This document shows positions 47,501 through 62,500 of a stretch of DNA of 64,000 bases, piece after piece. Numbering within the stretch: the first letter of the stretch is position 1; each line of letters opens with the position of its first letter. The translations under genes and the position numbers were made by a program. The notes beneath the pieces are model-generated. The model did no database searches. It saw only the letters and a list, made by a program, of their open reading frames with translations, and was not told where the DNA came from. The stretch comes from the human T2T-CHM13v2.0 reference genome, Homo sapiens: assembly GCF_009914755.1 (NCBI RefSeq), contig NC_060946.1; one strand, given 5' to 3'.

Positions 47501-50500
47501 CCTCAAACGGATCAGAATTCTCCCTTTGCAGATTGTACGATAAGCCTCTTTCCAATCTGCTCAATCAAAAGAAAGTTTCCACTCGGTGAGGTGAATGCAC
47601 ACATCGCAAAGGAGTTTCTCAGAAAGCTTCTGTTTAGTTTTTACGTGAAGATATTTCGTTTTTCACCACGGGCCTCAAAAGCTCTCCAAATATCCATTTG
47701 CAGATTCTAGAAAAAGAGTGTTTCCAAACTCCTCAATCAAAGGATAGTTTCAATTCTGTGAGATGAAAGCACACATCACAACGAAGTTTCTTAGAAAGCT
47801 TCTGAGTAGTTTTTATGTGAAGATACTTCACATTGCATCACAGTACTCAATGGGCTCAGAAATATCCCCTTGCAGATCCTACAAAAGGACTGTTTCAAAA
47901 CTGCTCAATCCAAAGAAAGTTTCAACTATGTGAGATGAATGTGCACGTCACGAAGACGTTCCTCAGAATGCTTCTGTCTTGTTTACATGTGAACAAGATT
48001 CCTATTTCACCATAGGCAATAAAGGGCTCACAAATATTTTTTGCAGATTCTCCAAAAAGACTGTATCCAAACTGCTCAATAAAAAGAAAGTTTTAACTCT
48101 GTTACATTAATGGACACATCAACAAGTAGTTTCTCAGAAAACTTCTGTGTACTTTTTATGTGAAGATACTTCCTTTGTCACCATTGGCCTCAAAGCACTC
48201 CTAATATCCATTTACAGATGTCACAGAAAGAGTGTTTCCAAACTGCTCAATCAAAAGAAAGTGTTTAACTCTGTGAGGTGAAAGCACACATCTCAAAGAA
48301 GTTTCTCCGAAAGCTTCGGTCTAGTTTTCATGTGATGATATTTCCAGTCTCACCATAGGCCTCAAAGGGCTAAGAAATATCCCTTTCCAGATTCTAAAAG
48401 ACCACCATTTCCATACTTCTCAATCAAAAGAAAGGTTAAATTCTGTGAGGTTAATGCACACATCAGAATGAAGTTTCTCAGAATTCTCCTGTCTAGTTTT
48501 CATGTGAAGATATTTACTATTTCACTATAGGCTTCAAATGTCTCAAAAATATCCCTTTGCAGATTCTACAAAAATATGCTTTCCAAAGTGCTGAATTAAA
48601 AGAAACCTTCAACTCTGTCAGATGAATGGAGACATCACGAAGAAGTTCCTCAGAATGCTTCTGTCTAGTTTAAATGTGAAGACATTTCTTTTTCACCATA
48701 GACCTCAAAGGGCTCAGAGTTAGACCTTTGCAGATTGCAGAGAAAGACTGTCTCTAAACTGCTCAAATAAAATAAAGTTTCAACACGGTGAGATGAACGC
48801 ACACATCACAAAGAAGTTCCTCAGAAGGCTTCTGTCTGGTTTTAATATGAAGATATTTCCTTTTTCACCATAGGCCTTACACCGCTCACGAATATCCTTC
48901 TGCAGATACTATAAAAAGACTGTTTCCAAACTGCTCCATCAAAAGAAAATTTCACCTATCTGAGATGAATGCACACATCATACAGAAGTTCCTCAGAATT
49001 CTTCTGTCTAGTTTTTATGTGAAGATGTTTCCATTTTCACCTTAGGCCACAAAGCGCCCCAAACATCCGTTTGCAGATGATACGAAAAGACTGTTTCCAA
49101 ACTGCTCAATCAAGAGAAATTTTCAACTCTGTGAGATGAAAGCACACATCACAAAAAAGTTTCTCAGAAATCTTCTGTCTCGCTTTTATCTCAAGATGAT
49201 TCCTATTTTGCCATAGGAATCAAGGGGCTCACATATACCCCTTTGCAGATTCTACAAATGTTCTCCTTACAAACTTCTCAATCAAGAGAAACGTTCAACA
49301 TTGTGAGATGAATGAACACATCCCAAAGAAGTTTCTCAGGTTGCTTCTGTCTGGTTGCTATGTGAAGATGTTTCCTTTTTCACCATAGTCTTTAAGCCCC
49401 TCAAAAATATCTGTCTGCAGACTCTACCAAAAGACTGTTTCCAAACTGGCCCATATAGCATGTTTCAACTATGTGAAATGAATGCACTCATCAAAAAGAA
49501 GTTTCTCAGGATTCTCCTGTCTAGTTTTTATGTGAAGATATTTCCTTTTTCACCGTAGGCCACAAATTGCTCCAAATATCCATTTGCAGATTCTACAAAA
49601 TAATGTTCCCAAACTGGTCAATCAACAGAAAGGCGCAACTCTGTGAGACGAAAGCACACATCACAAAGAAGTTTCTCGGAAAGCCTCTGTCTGCATTTTA
49701 TGTGAAGGTATTTCCTTTGGCACCATAGGCCTTAAACCGCTCGCAAATATAACTCCACTTATACTACCAAGAGACTTTCTCCAAATTGCTAAATCTAAAG
49801 AAAGGTTCAACTCTGTGAGATGAATACACACATCAAAAAGAAGTTTCTCAAAATGCTTCTGTCTAGTTTTCATGGGAAGATATTTAGTTTTCACCGTTGG
49901 CCCCAAACCGCTCCGAAATATCCCTTTGCAGTTTGTAGAAAAAGACTGCTTCCAAACTGCTCAATGAAAGGAAATGGTCAACTATTAGAGATGAATGGAA
50001 ATGTCACAAAGAGTTTTCTCAAAAAGCTACTGTGTCGTTTTTATGTGAAGACATTGCCTTTGGCACCCTAGGCCTTAAAACTCTCTAAATACACATTCAC
50101 AGATTCTACAAAAAGACTGATTCCAAACTGCTCAATCAGAAGAAGGGTTCAATTCCGTGTGACAAACGTGCACATCACCAAGGAATTTGTCAGAAAGCTT
50201 CTGTCTACTTTTTATGTGAAGATATTTCATATTTCAACAAAGGCCATAAAGGGCTCACAAATATCCCTTCGCAGATTCTAAGAAAAGACGTTTTCCAAAC
50301 TCCTCAATCAAAAGAAAGGTTTAACTCTGTGAGATGAATGGACACATCACGAAGAAGTTTCTCAGAAAGCTTCTGTCTAGTTTTTCTGTGAAGATATTTC
50401 TTTTTCACCATAGGCCTCAAGCAGCTAAGAAATTTCCCTCTGCAGCTTCTAGCAAAGACTGTTTCCAAACTGCTCAACTGAAAGAAAGGTTGAATTCTGT

Positions 50501-53500
50501 GACATGAATTCACACATCACAAAGAGGTTTTTCAGAAATCTTCTGTCTGGTTTTTAGGTGACGATACTTCCTTTTTCAGCATGGGCCTCAAATATCTCCA
50601 AATATCCATTTGCAGATTCTACAGAAAGACTTTCCAAACTGCTCAATCAAAAGAAAGGTTCAACACTGTGAGATGAAGGCACACATCACCAAGAAGTTTC
50701 TCAGAAACTTTCTGTCTAGTTTTTAGGTGAAGATACTTCGTATTTCACCACAGGCCATAAAGGGCTCACAAATATCCCTTTGCAGGTTGTACAAAAAGAC
50801 TGTTTCCAAACTGCTCAATCAAAGGAGAGGTTCAACTCTGTGACGTGAATGGACACATCATAAAAAATTTCTTGGAATGCTTCCGTCTAGTTTTTATGGG
50901 AAGATATTTCTCTTTCACCATAAGCCTCAAACGGATCAGAATTCTCCCTTTGCAGAATGTACGATAAGCCTCTTTCCAATCTGCTCAATCAAAAGAAAGT
51001 TTCCACTCGGTGAGGTGAATGCACACAACGCAAGGGAGTTTCTCAGAAAGCTTCTGTTTAGTTTTTACGTGAAGATATTTCGTTTTTCACCACGGGCCTC
51101 AAAAGCTCTCCAAATATCCATTTGCAGATTCTAGAAAAAGAGTGTTTCCAAACTCCTCAATCAAAGGATAGTTTCAATTCTGTGAGATGAAAGCACACAT
51201 CACAACGAAGTTTCTTAGAAAGCTTCTGTGTACTTTTTATGTGAAGATACTTCACATTGCATCACAGTACTCAATGGGCTCAGAAATATCCCCTTGCAGA
51301 TCCTACAAAAGGACTGTTTCAAAACTGCTCAATCCCAAGAAAGTTTCAACTATGTGAGATGAATGCGCACGTCACGAAGACGTTCCTCAGAATGCTTCTG
51401 TCTTGTTTACATGTGAAGAAGATTCCTATTTCACCATAGGCAATAAAGGGCTCACAAATATTTTTTGCAGATTCTCCAAAAAGACTGTATCCAAACTGCT
51501 CAATAAAAAGAAAGTTTTAACTCTGTTACATTAATGGACACATCAACAAGTAGTTTCTCAGAAAACTTCTGTGTAGTTTTTATGTGAAGATACTTCCTTT
51601 GTCACCATTGGCCTCAAAGCACTCCTAATATCCATTTACAGATGTCACAGAAAGAGTGTTTCCAAACTGCTCAATGAAAAGAAAGTGTTTAACTCTGTGA
51701 GGTGAAAGCACACATCTCAAAGAAGTTTCTCCGAAAGCTTCGGTCTAGTTTTCATGTGATGATATTTCCAGTCTCACCATAGGCCTCAAAGGGCTAAGAA
51801 ATATCCCTTTCCAGATTCTAAAAGACCACCATTTCCATACTTCTCAATCAAAAGAAAGGTTAAATTCGGTGAGGTTAATGCACACATCAGAATGAAGATT
51901 CTCAGAATTCTCCTGTCTAGTTTTCATGTGAAGATATTTACTATTTCACTATAGGCTTCAAATGTCTCAAAAATATCCCTTTGCAGATTCTACAAAAATA
52001 TGCTTTCCAAAGTGCTGAATTAAAAGAAACCTTGAACTCTGTCAGATGAATGGAGACATCATGAAGAGGTTCCTCAGAATGCTTCTGTCTAGTTTAAATG
52101 TGAAGACATTTCTTTTTCACCATAGACCTCAAAGGGTTCAGAGTTAGACCTTTGCAGATTGCAGAGAAAGACTGTCTCTAAACTGCTGAAATAAAATAGA
52201 GTTTCAACACGGTGAGATGAACGCACACATCACAAAGAAGTTCCTCAGAAGGCTTCTGTCTGGTTTTAATGTGAAGATATTTCCTTTTTCACCATAGGCC
52301 TTACACCGCTCACGAATATCCTTCTGCAGATACTATAAAAAGACTGTTTCCAAACTGCTCCATCAAAAGAAAATTTCACCTATCTGAGATGAATGCACAC
52401 ATCATACAGAAGTTCCTCAGAATTCTTCTGTCTAGTTTTTATGTGAAGATGTTTCCATTTTCACCTTAGGCCACAAAGCGCCCCAAACATCCGTTTGCAG
52501 ATGATACGAAAAGACTGTTTCCAAACTGCTCAATCAAGAGAAATTTTCAACTCTGTGAGATGAAAGCACACATCACAAAAAAGTTTCTCAGAAATCTTCT
52601 GTCTCGCTTTTATCTCAAGATGATTCCTATTTTGCCATAGGAATCAAGGGGCTCACATATACCCCTTTGCAGATTCTACAAATGTTCTCCTTACAAACTT
52701 CTCAATCAAGAGAAACGTTCAACATTGTGAGATGAATGAACACATCCCAAAGACGTTTCTCAAGTTGCTTCTGTCTGGTTGCTATGTGAAGATGTTTCCT
52801 TTTTCACCATAGTCTCTAAGCCCCTCAAAAATATCTGTCTGCAGACTCTACCAAAAGACTGTTTCCAAACTGGCCCATATAGCATGTTTCAACTATGTGA
52901 AATGAATGCACTCATCAAAAAGAAGTTTCTCAGGATTCTCCTGTCTAGTTTTTATGTGAAGATATTTCCTTTTTCACCGTAGGCCACAAATTGCTCCAAA
53001 TATCCATTTGCAGATTCTACAAAAAGAATGTTCCCAAACTGGTCAATCAAAAGAAAGGCGCAAATCTGTGAGACGAAAGCACACATCACAAAGAAGTTTC
53101 TCGGAAAGCCTCTGTCTGCATTTTATGTGAAGGTATTTCCTTTGGCACCGTAGGACTTAAACCGCTCGCAAATATAACTCCACTTATACTACCAAGAGAC
53201 TTTCTCCAAATTGCTAAATCTAAAGAAAGGTTCAACTCTGTGAGATGAATACACACATCAAAAAGAAGTTTCTCAAAATGCTTCTGTCTAGTTTTCATGG
53301 GAAGATATTTATTTTTCACCGTTGGCCCCAAACCGCTCAGAAATATCCCTTTGCAGTTTGTAGAAAAAGACTGCTTCCAAACTGCTCAATGAAAGGAAAT
53401 GGTCAACTATTAGAGATGAATGGAAATGTCACAAAGAGTTTTCTCAAAAAGCTACTGTGTCGTTTTTATGTGAAGACATTGCCTTTGGCACCCTAGGCCT

Positions 53501-56500
53501 TAAAACTCTCTCAATACACATTCACAGATTCTACAAAAAGACTGATTCCAAACTGCTCAATCAGAAGAAGGGTTCAATTCCGTGTGACAAACGTGCACAT
53601 CACCAAGGAATTTGTCAGAAAGCTTCTGTCTACTTTTTATGTGAAGATATTTCATATTTCAACAAAGGCCATAAAGGGCTCACAAATATCCCTTCGCAGA
53701 TTCTAAGAAAAGACGTTTTCCAAACTCCTCAATCAAAAGAAAGGTTTAACTCTGTGAGATGAATGGACACATCACGAAGAAGTTTCTCAGAAAGCTTCTG
53801 TCTAGTTTTTCTGTGAAGATATTTCTTTTTCACCATAGGCCTCAAGCAGCTAAGAAATTTCCCTCTGCAGCTTCTACCAAAGACTGTTTCCAAACTGCTC
53901 AACTGAAAGAAAGGTTGAATTCTGTGACATGAATTCACACATCACAAAGAGGTTTTTCAGAAATCTTCTGTCTGGTTTTTAGGTGACGATACTTCCTTTT
54001 TCAGCACGGGCCTCAAATATCTCCAAATATCCATTTGCAGATTCTACAGAAAGACTTTCCAAACTGCTCAATCAAAAGAAAGGTTCAACACTGTGAGATG
54101 AAGGCACACATCACCAAGAAATTTCTCAGAAACTTTCTGTCTAGTTTTTTGGTGAAGATACTTCGTATTTCACCACAGGCCATAAAGGGCTCACAAATAT
54201 CCCTTTGCAGGTTGTACAAAAAGACTGTTTCCAAACTGCTCAATCAAAGGAGAGGTTCAACTCTGTGACGTGAATGGACACATCATAAAAAATTTCTTGG
54301 AATGCTTCCGTCTAGTTTTTATGGGAAGATATTTCTCTTTCACCATAAGCCTCAAACGGATCAGAATTCTCCCTTTGCAGAATGTACGATAAGCCTCTTT
54401 CCAATCTGCTCAATCAAAAGAAAGTTTCCACTCGGTGAGGTGAATGCACACAACGCAAGGGAGTTTCTCAGAAAGCTTCTGTTTAGTTTTTACGTGAAGA
54501 TATTTCGTTTTTCACCACGGGCCTCAAAAGCTCTCCAAATATCCATTTGCAGATTCTAGAAAAAGAGTGTTTCCAAACTCCTCAATCAAAGGATAGTTTC
54601 AATTCTGTGAGATGAAAGCACACATCACAACGAAGTTTCTTAGAAAGCTTCTGTGTAGTTTTTATGTGAAGATACTTCACATTGCATCACAGTACTCAAT
54701 GGGCTCAGAAATATCCCCTTGCAGATCCTACAAAAGGACTGTTTCAAAACTGCTCAATCCCAAGAAAGTTTCAACTATGTGAGATGAATGCGCACGTCAC
54801 GAAGACGTTCCTCAGAATGCTTCTGTCTTGTTTACATGTGAAGAAGATTCCTATTTCACCATAGGCAATAAAGGGCTCACAAATATTTTTTGTGAGATTC
54901 TCCAAAAATACTGTATCCAAACTGCTCAATAAAAAGAAAGTTTTAACTCTGTTACATTAATGGACACATCAACAAGTAGTTTCTCAGAAAACTTCTGTGT
55001 ACTTTTTATGTGAAGATTCATCCTTTGTCACCATTGGCCTCAAAGCACTCCTAATATCCATTTACAGGTGTCACAGAAAGAGTGTTTCCAAACTGCTCAA
55101 TCAAAAGAAAGTGTTTAACTCTGTGAGGTGAAAGCACACATCTCAAAGAAGTTTCTCCGAAAGCTTCGGTCTAGTTTTCATGTGATGATATTTCCAGTCT
55201 CACCATAGGCCTCAAAGGGCTAAGAAATATCCCTTTCCAGATTCTAAAAGACCACCATTTCCATACTTCTCAATCAAAAGAAAGGTTAAATTCTGTGAGG
55301 TTAATGCACACATCAGAATGAAGTTTCTCAGAATTCTCCTGTCTAGTTTTCATGTGAAGATATTTACTATTTCACTATAGGCTTCAAATGTCTCAAAAAT
55401 ATCCCTTTGCAGATTCTACAAAAATATGCTTTCCAAAGTGCTGAATTAAAAGAAACCTTGAACTCTGTCAGATGAATGGAGACATCACGAAGAAGTTCCT
55501 CAGAATGCTTCTGTCTAGTTTAAATGTGAAGACAATTCTTTTTCACCATAGACCTCAAAGGGCTCAGAGTTAGACCTTTGCAGATTGCAGAGAAAGACTG
55601 TCTCTAAACTGCTGAAATAAAATAGAGTTTCAACACGGTGAGATGAACGCACACATCACAAAGAAGTTCCTCAGAAGGCTTCTGTCTGGTTTTAATGTGA
55701 AGATATTTCCTTTTTCACCATAGGCCTTACACCGCTCACGAATATCCTTCTGCAGATACTATAAAAAGACTGTTTCCAAACTGCTCCATCAAAAGAAAAT
55801 TTCACCTATCTGAGATGAATGCACACATCATACAGAAGTTCCTCAGAATTCTTCTGTCTAGTTTTTATGTGAAGATGTTTCCATTTTCACCTTAGGCCAC
55901 AAAGCGCCCCAAACATCCGTTTGCAGATGATACGAAAAGACTGTTTCCAAACTGCTCAATCAAGAGAAATTTTCAACTCTGTGAGATGAAAGCACACATC
56001 ACAAAAAAGTTTCTCAGAAATCTTCTGTCTCGCTTTTATCTCAAGATGATTCCTATTTTGCCATAGGAATCAAGGGGCTCACATATACCCCTTTGCAGAT
56101 TCTACAAATGTTCTCCTTACAAACTTCTCAATCAAGAGAAACGTTCAACATTGTGAGATGAATGAACACATCCCAAAGACGTTTCTCAAGTTGCTTCTGT
56201 CTGGTTGCTATGTGAAGATGTTTCCTTTTTCACCATAGTCTCTAAGCCCCTCAAAAATATCTGTCTGCAGACTCTACCAAAAGACTGTTTCCAAACTGGC
56301 CCATATAGCATGTTTCAACTATGTGAAATGAATGCACTCATCAAAAAGAAGTTTCTCAGGATTCTCCTGTCTAGTTTTTATGTGAAGATATTTCCTTTTT
56401 CACCGTAGGCCACAAAATGCTCCAAATATCCATTTGCAGATTCTACAAAAAGAATGTTCCCAAACTGGTCAATCAAAAGAAAGGCGCAAATCTGTGAGAC

Positions 56501-59500
56501 GAAAGCACACATCACAAAGAAGTTTCTTGGAAAGCCTCTGTCTGCATTTTATGTGAAGGTATTTCCTTTGGCACCGTAGGACTTAAACCGCTCGCAAATA
56601 TAACTCCACTTATACTACCAAGAGACTTTCTCCAAATTGCTAAATCTAAAGAAAGGTTCAACTCTGTGAGATGAATACACACATCAAAAAGAAGTTTCTC
56701 AAAATGCTTCTGTCTAGTTTTCATGGGAAGATATTTATTTTTCACCGTTGGCCCCAAACCGCTCCGAAATATCCCTTTGCAGTTTGTAGAAAAAGACTGC
56801 TTCCAAACTGCTCAATGAAAGGAAATGGTCAACTATTAGAGATGAATGGAAATGTCACAAACAGTTTTCTCAAAAAGCTACTGTGTCGTTTTTATGTGAA
56901 GACATTGCCTTTGGCACCCTAGGCCTTAAAACTCTCTAAATACACATTCACAGATTCTACAAAAAGACTGATTCCAAACTGCTCAATCAGAAGAAGGGTT
57001 CAATTCCGTGTGACAAACGTGCACATCACCAAGGAATTTGTCAGAAAGCTTCTGTCTACTTTTTATGTGAAGATATTTCATATTTCAACAAAGGCCATAA
57101 AGGGCTCACAAATATCCCTTCGCAGATTCTAAGAAAAGACGTTTTCCAAACTCCTCAATCAAAAGAAAGGTTTAACTCTGTGAGATGAATGGACACATCA
57201 CGAAGAAGTTTCTCAGAAAGCTTCTGTCTAGTTTTTCTGTGAAGATATTTCTTTTTCACCATAGGCCTCAAGCAGCTAAGAAATTTCCCTCTGCAGCTTC
57301 TACCAAAGACTGTTTCCAAACTGCTCAACTGAAAGAAAGGTTGAATTCTGTGACATGAATTCACACATGACAAAGAGGTTTTTCAGAAATCTTCTGTCTG
57401 GTTTTTAGGTGACGATACTTCCTTTTTCAGCACGGGCCTCAAATATCTCCAAATATCCATTTGCAGATTCTACAGAGAGACTTTCCAAACTGCTCAATCA
57501 AAAGAAAGGTTCAACACTGTGAGATGAAGGCACACATCACCAAGAAGTTTCTCAGAAACCTTCTGTCTAGTTTTTAGGTGAAGATACTTCGTATTTCACC
57601 ACAGGCCATAAAGGGCTCACAAATATCCCTTTGCAGGTTCTACAAAAAGACTGTTTCCAAACTGCTCAATCAAAGGAGAGGTTCAACTCTGTGACGTGAA
57701 TGGACACATCACAAAAAATTTCTTGGAATGCTTCCGTCTAGTTTTTATGGGAAGATATTTCTCTTTCACCATAAGCCTCAAACGGATCAGAATTCTCCCT
57801 TTGCAGATTGTACGATAAGCCTCTTTCCAATCTGCTCAATCAAAAGAAAGTTTCCACTCGGTGAGGTGAATGCACACAACGCAAGGGAGTTTCTCAGAAA
57901 GCTTCTGTTTAGTTTTTACGTGAAGATATTTCGTTTTTCACCACGGGCCTCAAAAGCTCTCCAAATATCCATTTGCAGATTCTAGAAAAAGAGTGTTTCC
58001 AAACTCCTCAATCAAAGGATAGTTTCAATTCTGTGAGATGAAAGCACACATCACAACGAAGTTTCTTAGAAAGCTTCTGTGTAGTTTTTATGTGAAGATA
58101 CTTCACATTGCATCACAGTACTCAATGGGCTCAGAAATATCCCCTTGCAGATCCTACAAAAGGACTGTTTCAAAACTGCTCAATCCAAAGAAAGTTTCAA
58201 CTATGTGAGATGAATGCGCACGTCACGAAGACGTTCCTCAGAATGCTTCTGTCTTGTTTACATGTGAAGAAGATTCCTATTTCACCATAGGCAATAAAGG
58301 GCTCACAAATATTTTTTGAGAGATTCTCCAAAAATACTGTATCCAAACTGCTCAATAAAAAGAAAGTTTTAACTCTGTTACATTAATGGACACATCAACA
58401 AGTAGTTTCTCAGAAAACTTCTGTGTACTTTTTATGTGAAGATTCATCCTTTGTCACCATTGGCCTCAAAGCACTCCTAATATCCATTTACAGGTGTCAC
58501 AGAAAGAGTGTTTCCAAACTGCTCAATCAAAAGAAAGTGTTTAACTCTGTGAGGTGAAAGCACACATCTCAAAGAAGTTTCTCCGAAAGCTTCGGTCTAG
58601 TTTTCATGTGATGATATTTCCAGTCTCACCATAGGCCTCAAAGGGCTAAGAAATATCCCTTTCCAGATTCTAAAAGACCACCATTTCCATACTTCTCAAT
58701 CAAAAGAAAGGTTAAATTCTGTGAGGTTAATGCACACATCAGAATGAAGTTTCTCAGAATTCTCCTGTCTAGTTTTCATGTGAAGATATTTACTATTTCA
58801 CTATAGGCTTCAAATGTCTCAAAAATATCCCTTTGCAGATTCTACAAAAATATGCTTTCCAAAGTGCTGAATTAAAAGAAACCTTGAACTCTGTCAGATG
58901 AATGGAGACATCACGAAGAAGTTCCTCAGAATGCTTCTGTCTAGTTTAAATGTGAAGACAATTCTTTTTCACCATAGACCTCAAAGGGCTCAGAGTTAGA
59001 CCTTTGCAGATTGCAGAGAAAGACTGTCTCTAAACTGCTGAAATAAAATAGAGTTTCAACACGGTGAGATGAACGCACACATCACAAAGAAGTTCCTCAG
59101 AAGGCTTCTGTCTGGTTTTAATGTGAAGATATTTCCTTTTTCACCATAGGCCTTACACCGCTCACGAATATCCTTCTGCAGATACTATAAAAAGACTGTT
59201 TCCAAACTGCTCCATCAAAAGAAAATTTCACCTATCTGAGATGAATGCACACATCATACAGAAGTTCCTCAGAATTCTTCTGTCTAGTTTTTATGTGAAG
59301 ATGTTTCCATTTTCACCTTAGGCCACAAAGCGCCCCAAACATCCGTTTGCAGATGATACGAAAAGACTGTTTCCAAACTGCTCAATCAAGAGAAATTTTC
59401 AACTCTGTGAGATGAAAGCACACATCACAAAAAAGTTTCTCAGAAATCTTCTGTCTCGCTTTTATCTCAAGATGATTCCTATTTTGCCATAGGAATCAAG

Positions 59501-62500
59501 GGGCTCACATATACCCCTTTGCAGATTCTACAAATGTTCTCCTTACAAACTTCTCAATCAAGAGAAACGTTCAACATTGTGAGATGAATGAACACATCCC
59601 AAAGACGTTTCTCAAGTTGCTTCTGTCTGGTTGCTATGTGAAGATGTTTCCTTTTTCACCATAGTCTCTAAGCCCCTCAAAAATATCTGTCTGCAGACTC
59701 TACCAAAAGACTGTTTCCAAACTGGCCCATATAGCATGTTTCAACTATGTGAAATGAATGCACTCATCAAAAAGAAGTTTCTCAGGATTCTCCTGTCTAG
59801 TTTTTATGTGAAGATATTTCCTTTTTCACCGTAGGCCACAAAATGCTCCAAATATCCATTTGCAGATTCTACAAAAAGAATGTTCCCAAACTGGTCAATC
59901 AAAAGAAAGGCGCAAATCTGTGAGACGAAAGCACACATCACAAAGAAGTTTCTTGGAAAGCCTCTGTCTGCATTTTATGTGAAGGTATTTCCTTTGGCAC
60001 CGTAGGACTTAAACCGCTCGCAAATATAACTCCACTTATACTACCAAGAGACTTTCTCCAAATTGCTAAATCTAAAGAAAGGTTCAACTCTGTGAGATGA
60101 ATACACACATCAAAAAGAAGTTTCTCAAAATGCTTCTGTCTAGTTTTCATGGGAAGATATTTATTTTTCACCGTTGGCCCCAAACCGCTCCGAAATATCC
60201 CTTTGCAGTTTGTAGAAAAAGACTGCTTCCAAACTGCTCAATGAAAGGAAATGGTCAACTATTAGAGATGAATGGAAATGTCACAAACAGTTTTCTCAAA
60301 AAGCTACTGTGTCGTTTTTATGTGAAGACATTGCCTTTGGCACCCTAGGCCTTAAAACTCTCTAAATACACATTCACAGATTCTACAAAAAGACTGATTC
60401 CAAACTGCTCAATCAGAAGAAGGGTTCAATTCCGTGTGACAAACGTGCACATCACCAAGGAATTTGTCAGAAAGCTTCTGTCTACTTTTTATGTGAAGAT
60501 ATTTCATATTTCAACAAAGGCCATAAAGGGCTCACAAATATCCCTTCGCAGATTCTAAGAAAAGACGTTTTCCAAACTCCTCAATCAAAAGAAAGGTTTA
60601 ACTCTGTGAGATGAATGGACACATCACGAAGAAGTTTCTCAGAAAGCTTCTGTCTAGTTTTTCTGTGAAGATATTTCTTTTTCACCATAGGCCTCAAGCA
60701 GCTAAGAAATTTCCCTCTGCAGCTTCTACCAAAGACTGTTTCCAAACTGCTCAACTGAAAGAAAGGTTGAATTCTGTGACATGAATTCACACATGACAAA
60801 GAGGTTTTTCAGAAATCTTCTGTCTGGTTTTTAGGTGACGATACTTCCTTTTTCAGCACGGGCCTCAAATATCTCCAAATATCCATTTGCAGATTCTACA
60901 GAGAGACTTTCCAAACTGCTCAATCAAAAGAAAGGTTCAACACTGTGAGATGAAGGCACACATCACCAAGAAGTTTCTCAGAAACCTTCTGTCTAGTTTT
61001 TAGGTGAAGATACTTCGTATTTCACCACAGGCCATAAAGGGCTCACAAATATCCCTTTGCAGGTTCTACAAAAAGACTGTTTCCAAACTGCTCAATCAAA
61101 GGAGAGGTTCAACTCTGTGACGTGAATGGACACATCACAAACAATTTCTTGGAATGCTTCCGTCTAGTTTTTATGGGAAGATATTTCTCTTTCACCATAA
61201 GCCTCAAACGGATCAGAATTCTCCCTTTGCAGATTGTACGATAAGCCTCTTTCCAATCTGCTCAATCAAAAGAAAGTTTCCACTCGGTGAGGTGAATGCA
61301 CACATCGCAAAGGAGTTTCTCAGAAAGCTTCTGTTTAGTTTTTACGTGAAGATATTTCGTTTTTCACCACGGGCCTCAAAAGCTCTCCAAATATCCATTT
61401 GCAGATTCTAGAAAAAGAGTGTTTCCAAACTCCTCAATCAAAGGATAGTTTCAATTCTGTGAGATGAAAGCACACATCACAACGAAGTTTCTTAGAAAGC
61501 TTCTGAGTAGTTTTTATGTGAAGATACTTCACATTGCATCACAGTACTCAATGGGCTCAGAAATATCCCCTTGCAGATCCTACAAAAGGACTGTTTCAAA
61601 ACTGCTCAATCCAAAGAAAGTTTCAACTATGTGAGATGAATGTGCACGTCACGAAGACGTTCCTCAGAATGCTTCTGTCTTGTTTACATGTGAAGAAGAT
61701 TCCTATTTCACCATAGGCAATAAAGGGCTCACAAATATTTTTTGCAGATTCTCCAAAAAGACTGTATCCAAACTGCTCAATAAAAAGAAAGTTTTAACTC
61801 TGTTACATTAATGGACACATCAACAAGTAGTTTCTCAGAAAACTTCTGTGTACTTTTTATGTGAAGATACTTCCTTTGTCACCATTGGCCTCAAAGCACT
61901 CCTAATATCCATTTACAGATGTCACAGAAAGAGTGTTTCCAAACTGCTCAATGAAAAGAAAGTGTTTAACTCTGTGAGGTGAAAGCACACATCTCAAAGA
62001 AGTTTCTCCGAAAGCTTCGGTCTAGTTTTCATGTGATGATATTTCCAGTCTCACCATAGGCCTCAAAGGGCTAAGAAATATCCCTTTCCAGATTCTAAAA
62101 GACCACCATTTCCATACTTCTCAATCAAAAGAAAGGTTAAATTCTGTGAGGTTAATGCACACATCAGAATGAAGTTTCTCAGAATTCTCCTGTCTAGTTT
62201 TCATGTGAAGATATTTACTATTTCACTATAGGCTTCAAATGTCTCAAAAATATCCCTTTGCAGATTCTACAAAAATATGCTTTCCAAAGTGCTGAATTAA
62301 AAGAAACCTTGAACTCTGTCAGATGAATGGAGACATCACGAAGAAGTTCCTCAGAATGCTTCTGTCTAGTTTAAATGTGAAGACATTTCTTTTTCACCAT
62401 AGACCTCAAAGGGCTCAGAGTTAGACCTTTGCAGATTGCAGAGAAAGACTGTCTCTAAACTGCTCAAATAAAATAAAGTTTCAACACGGTGAGATGAACG

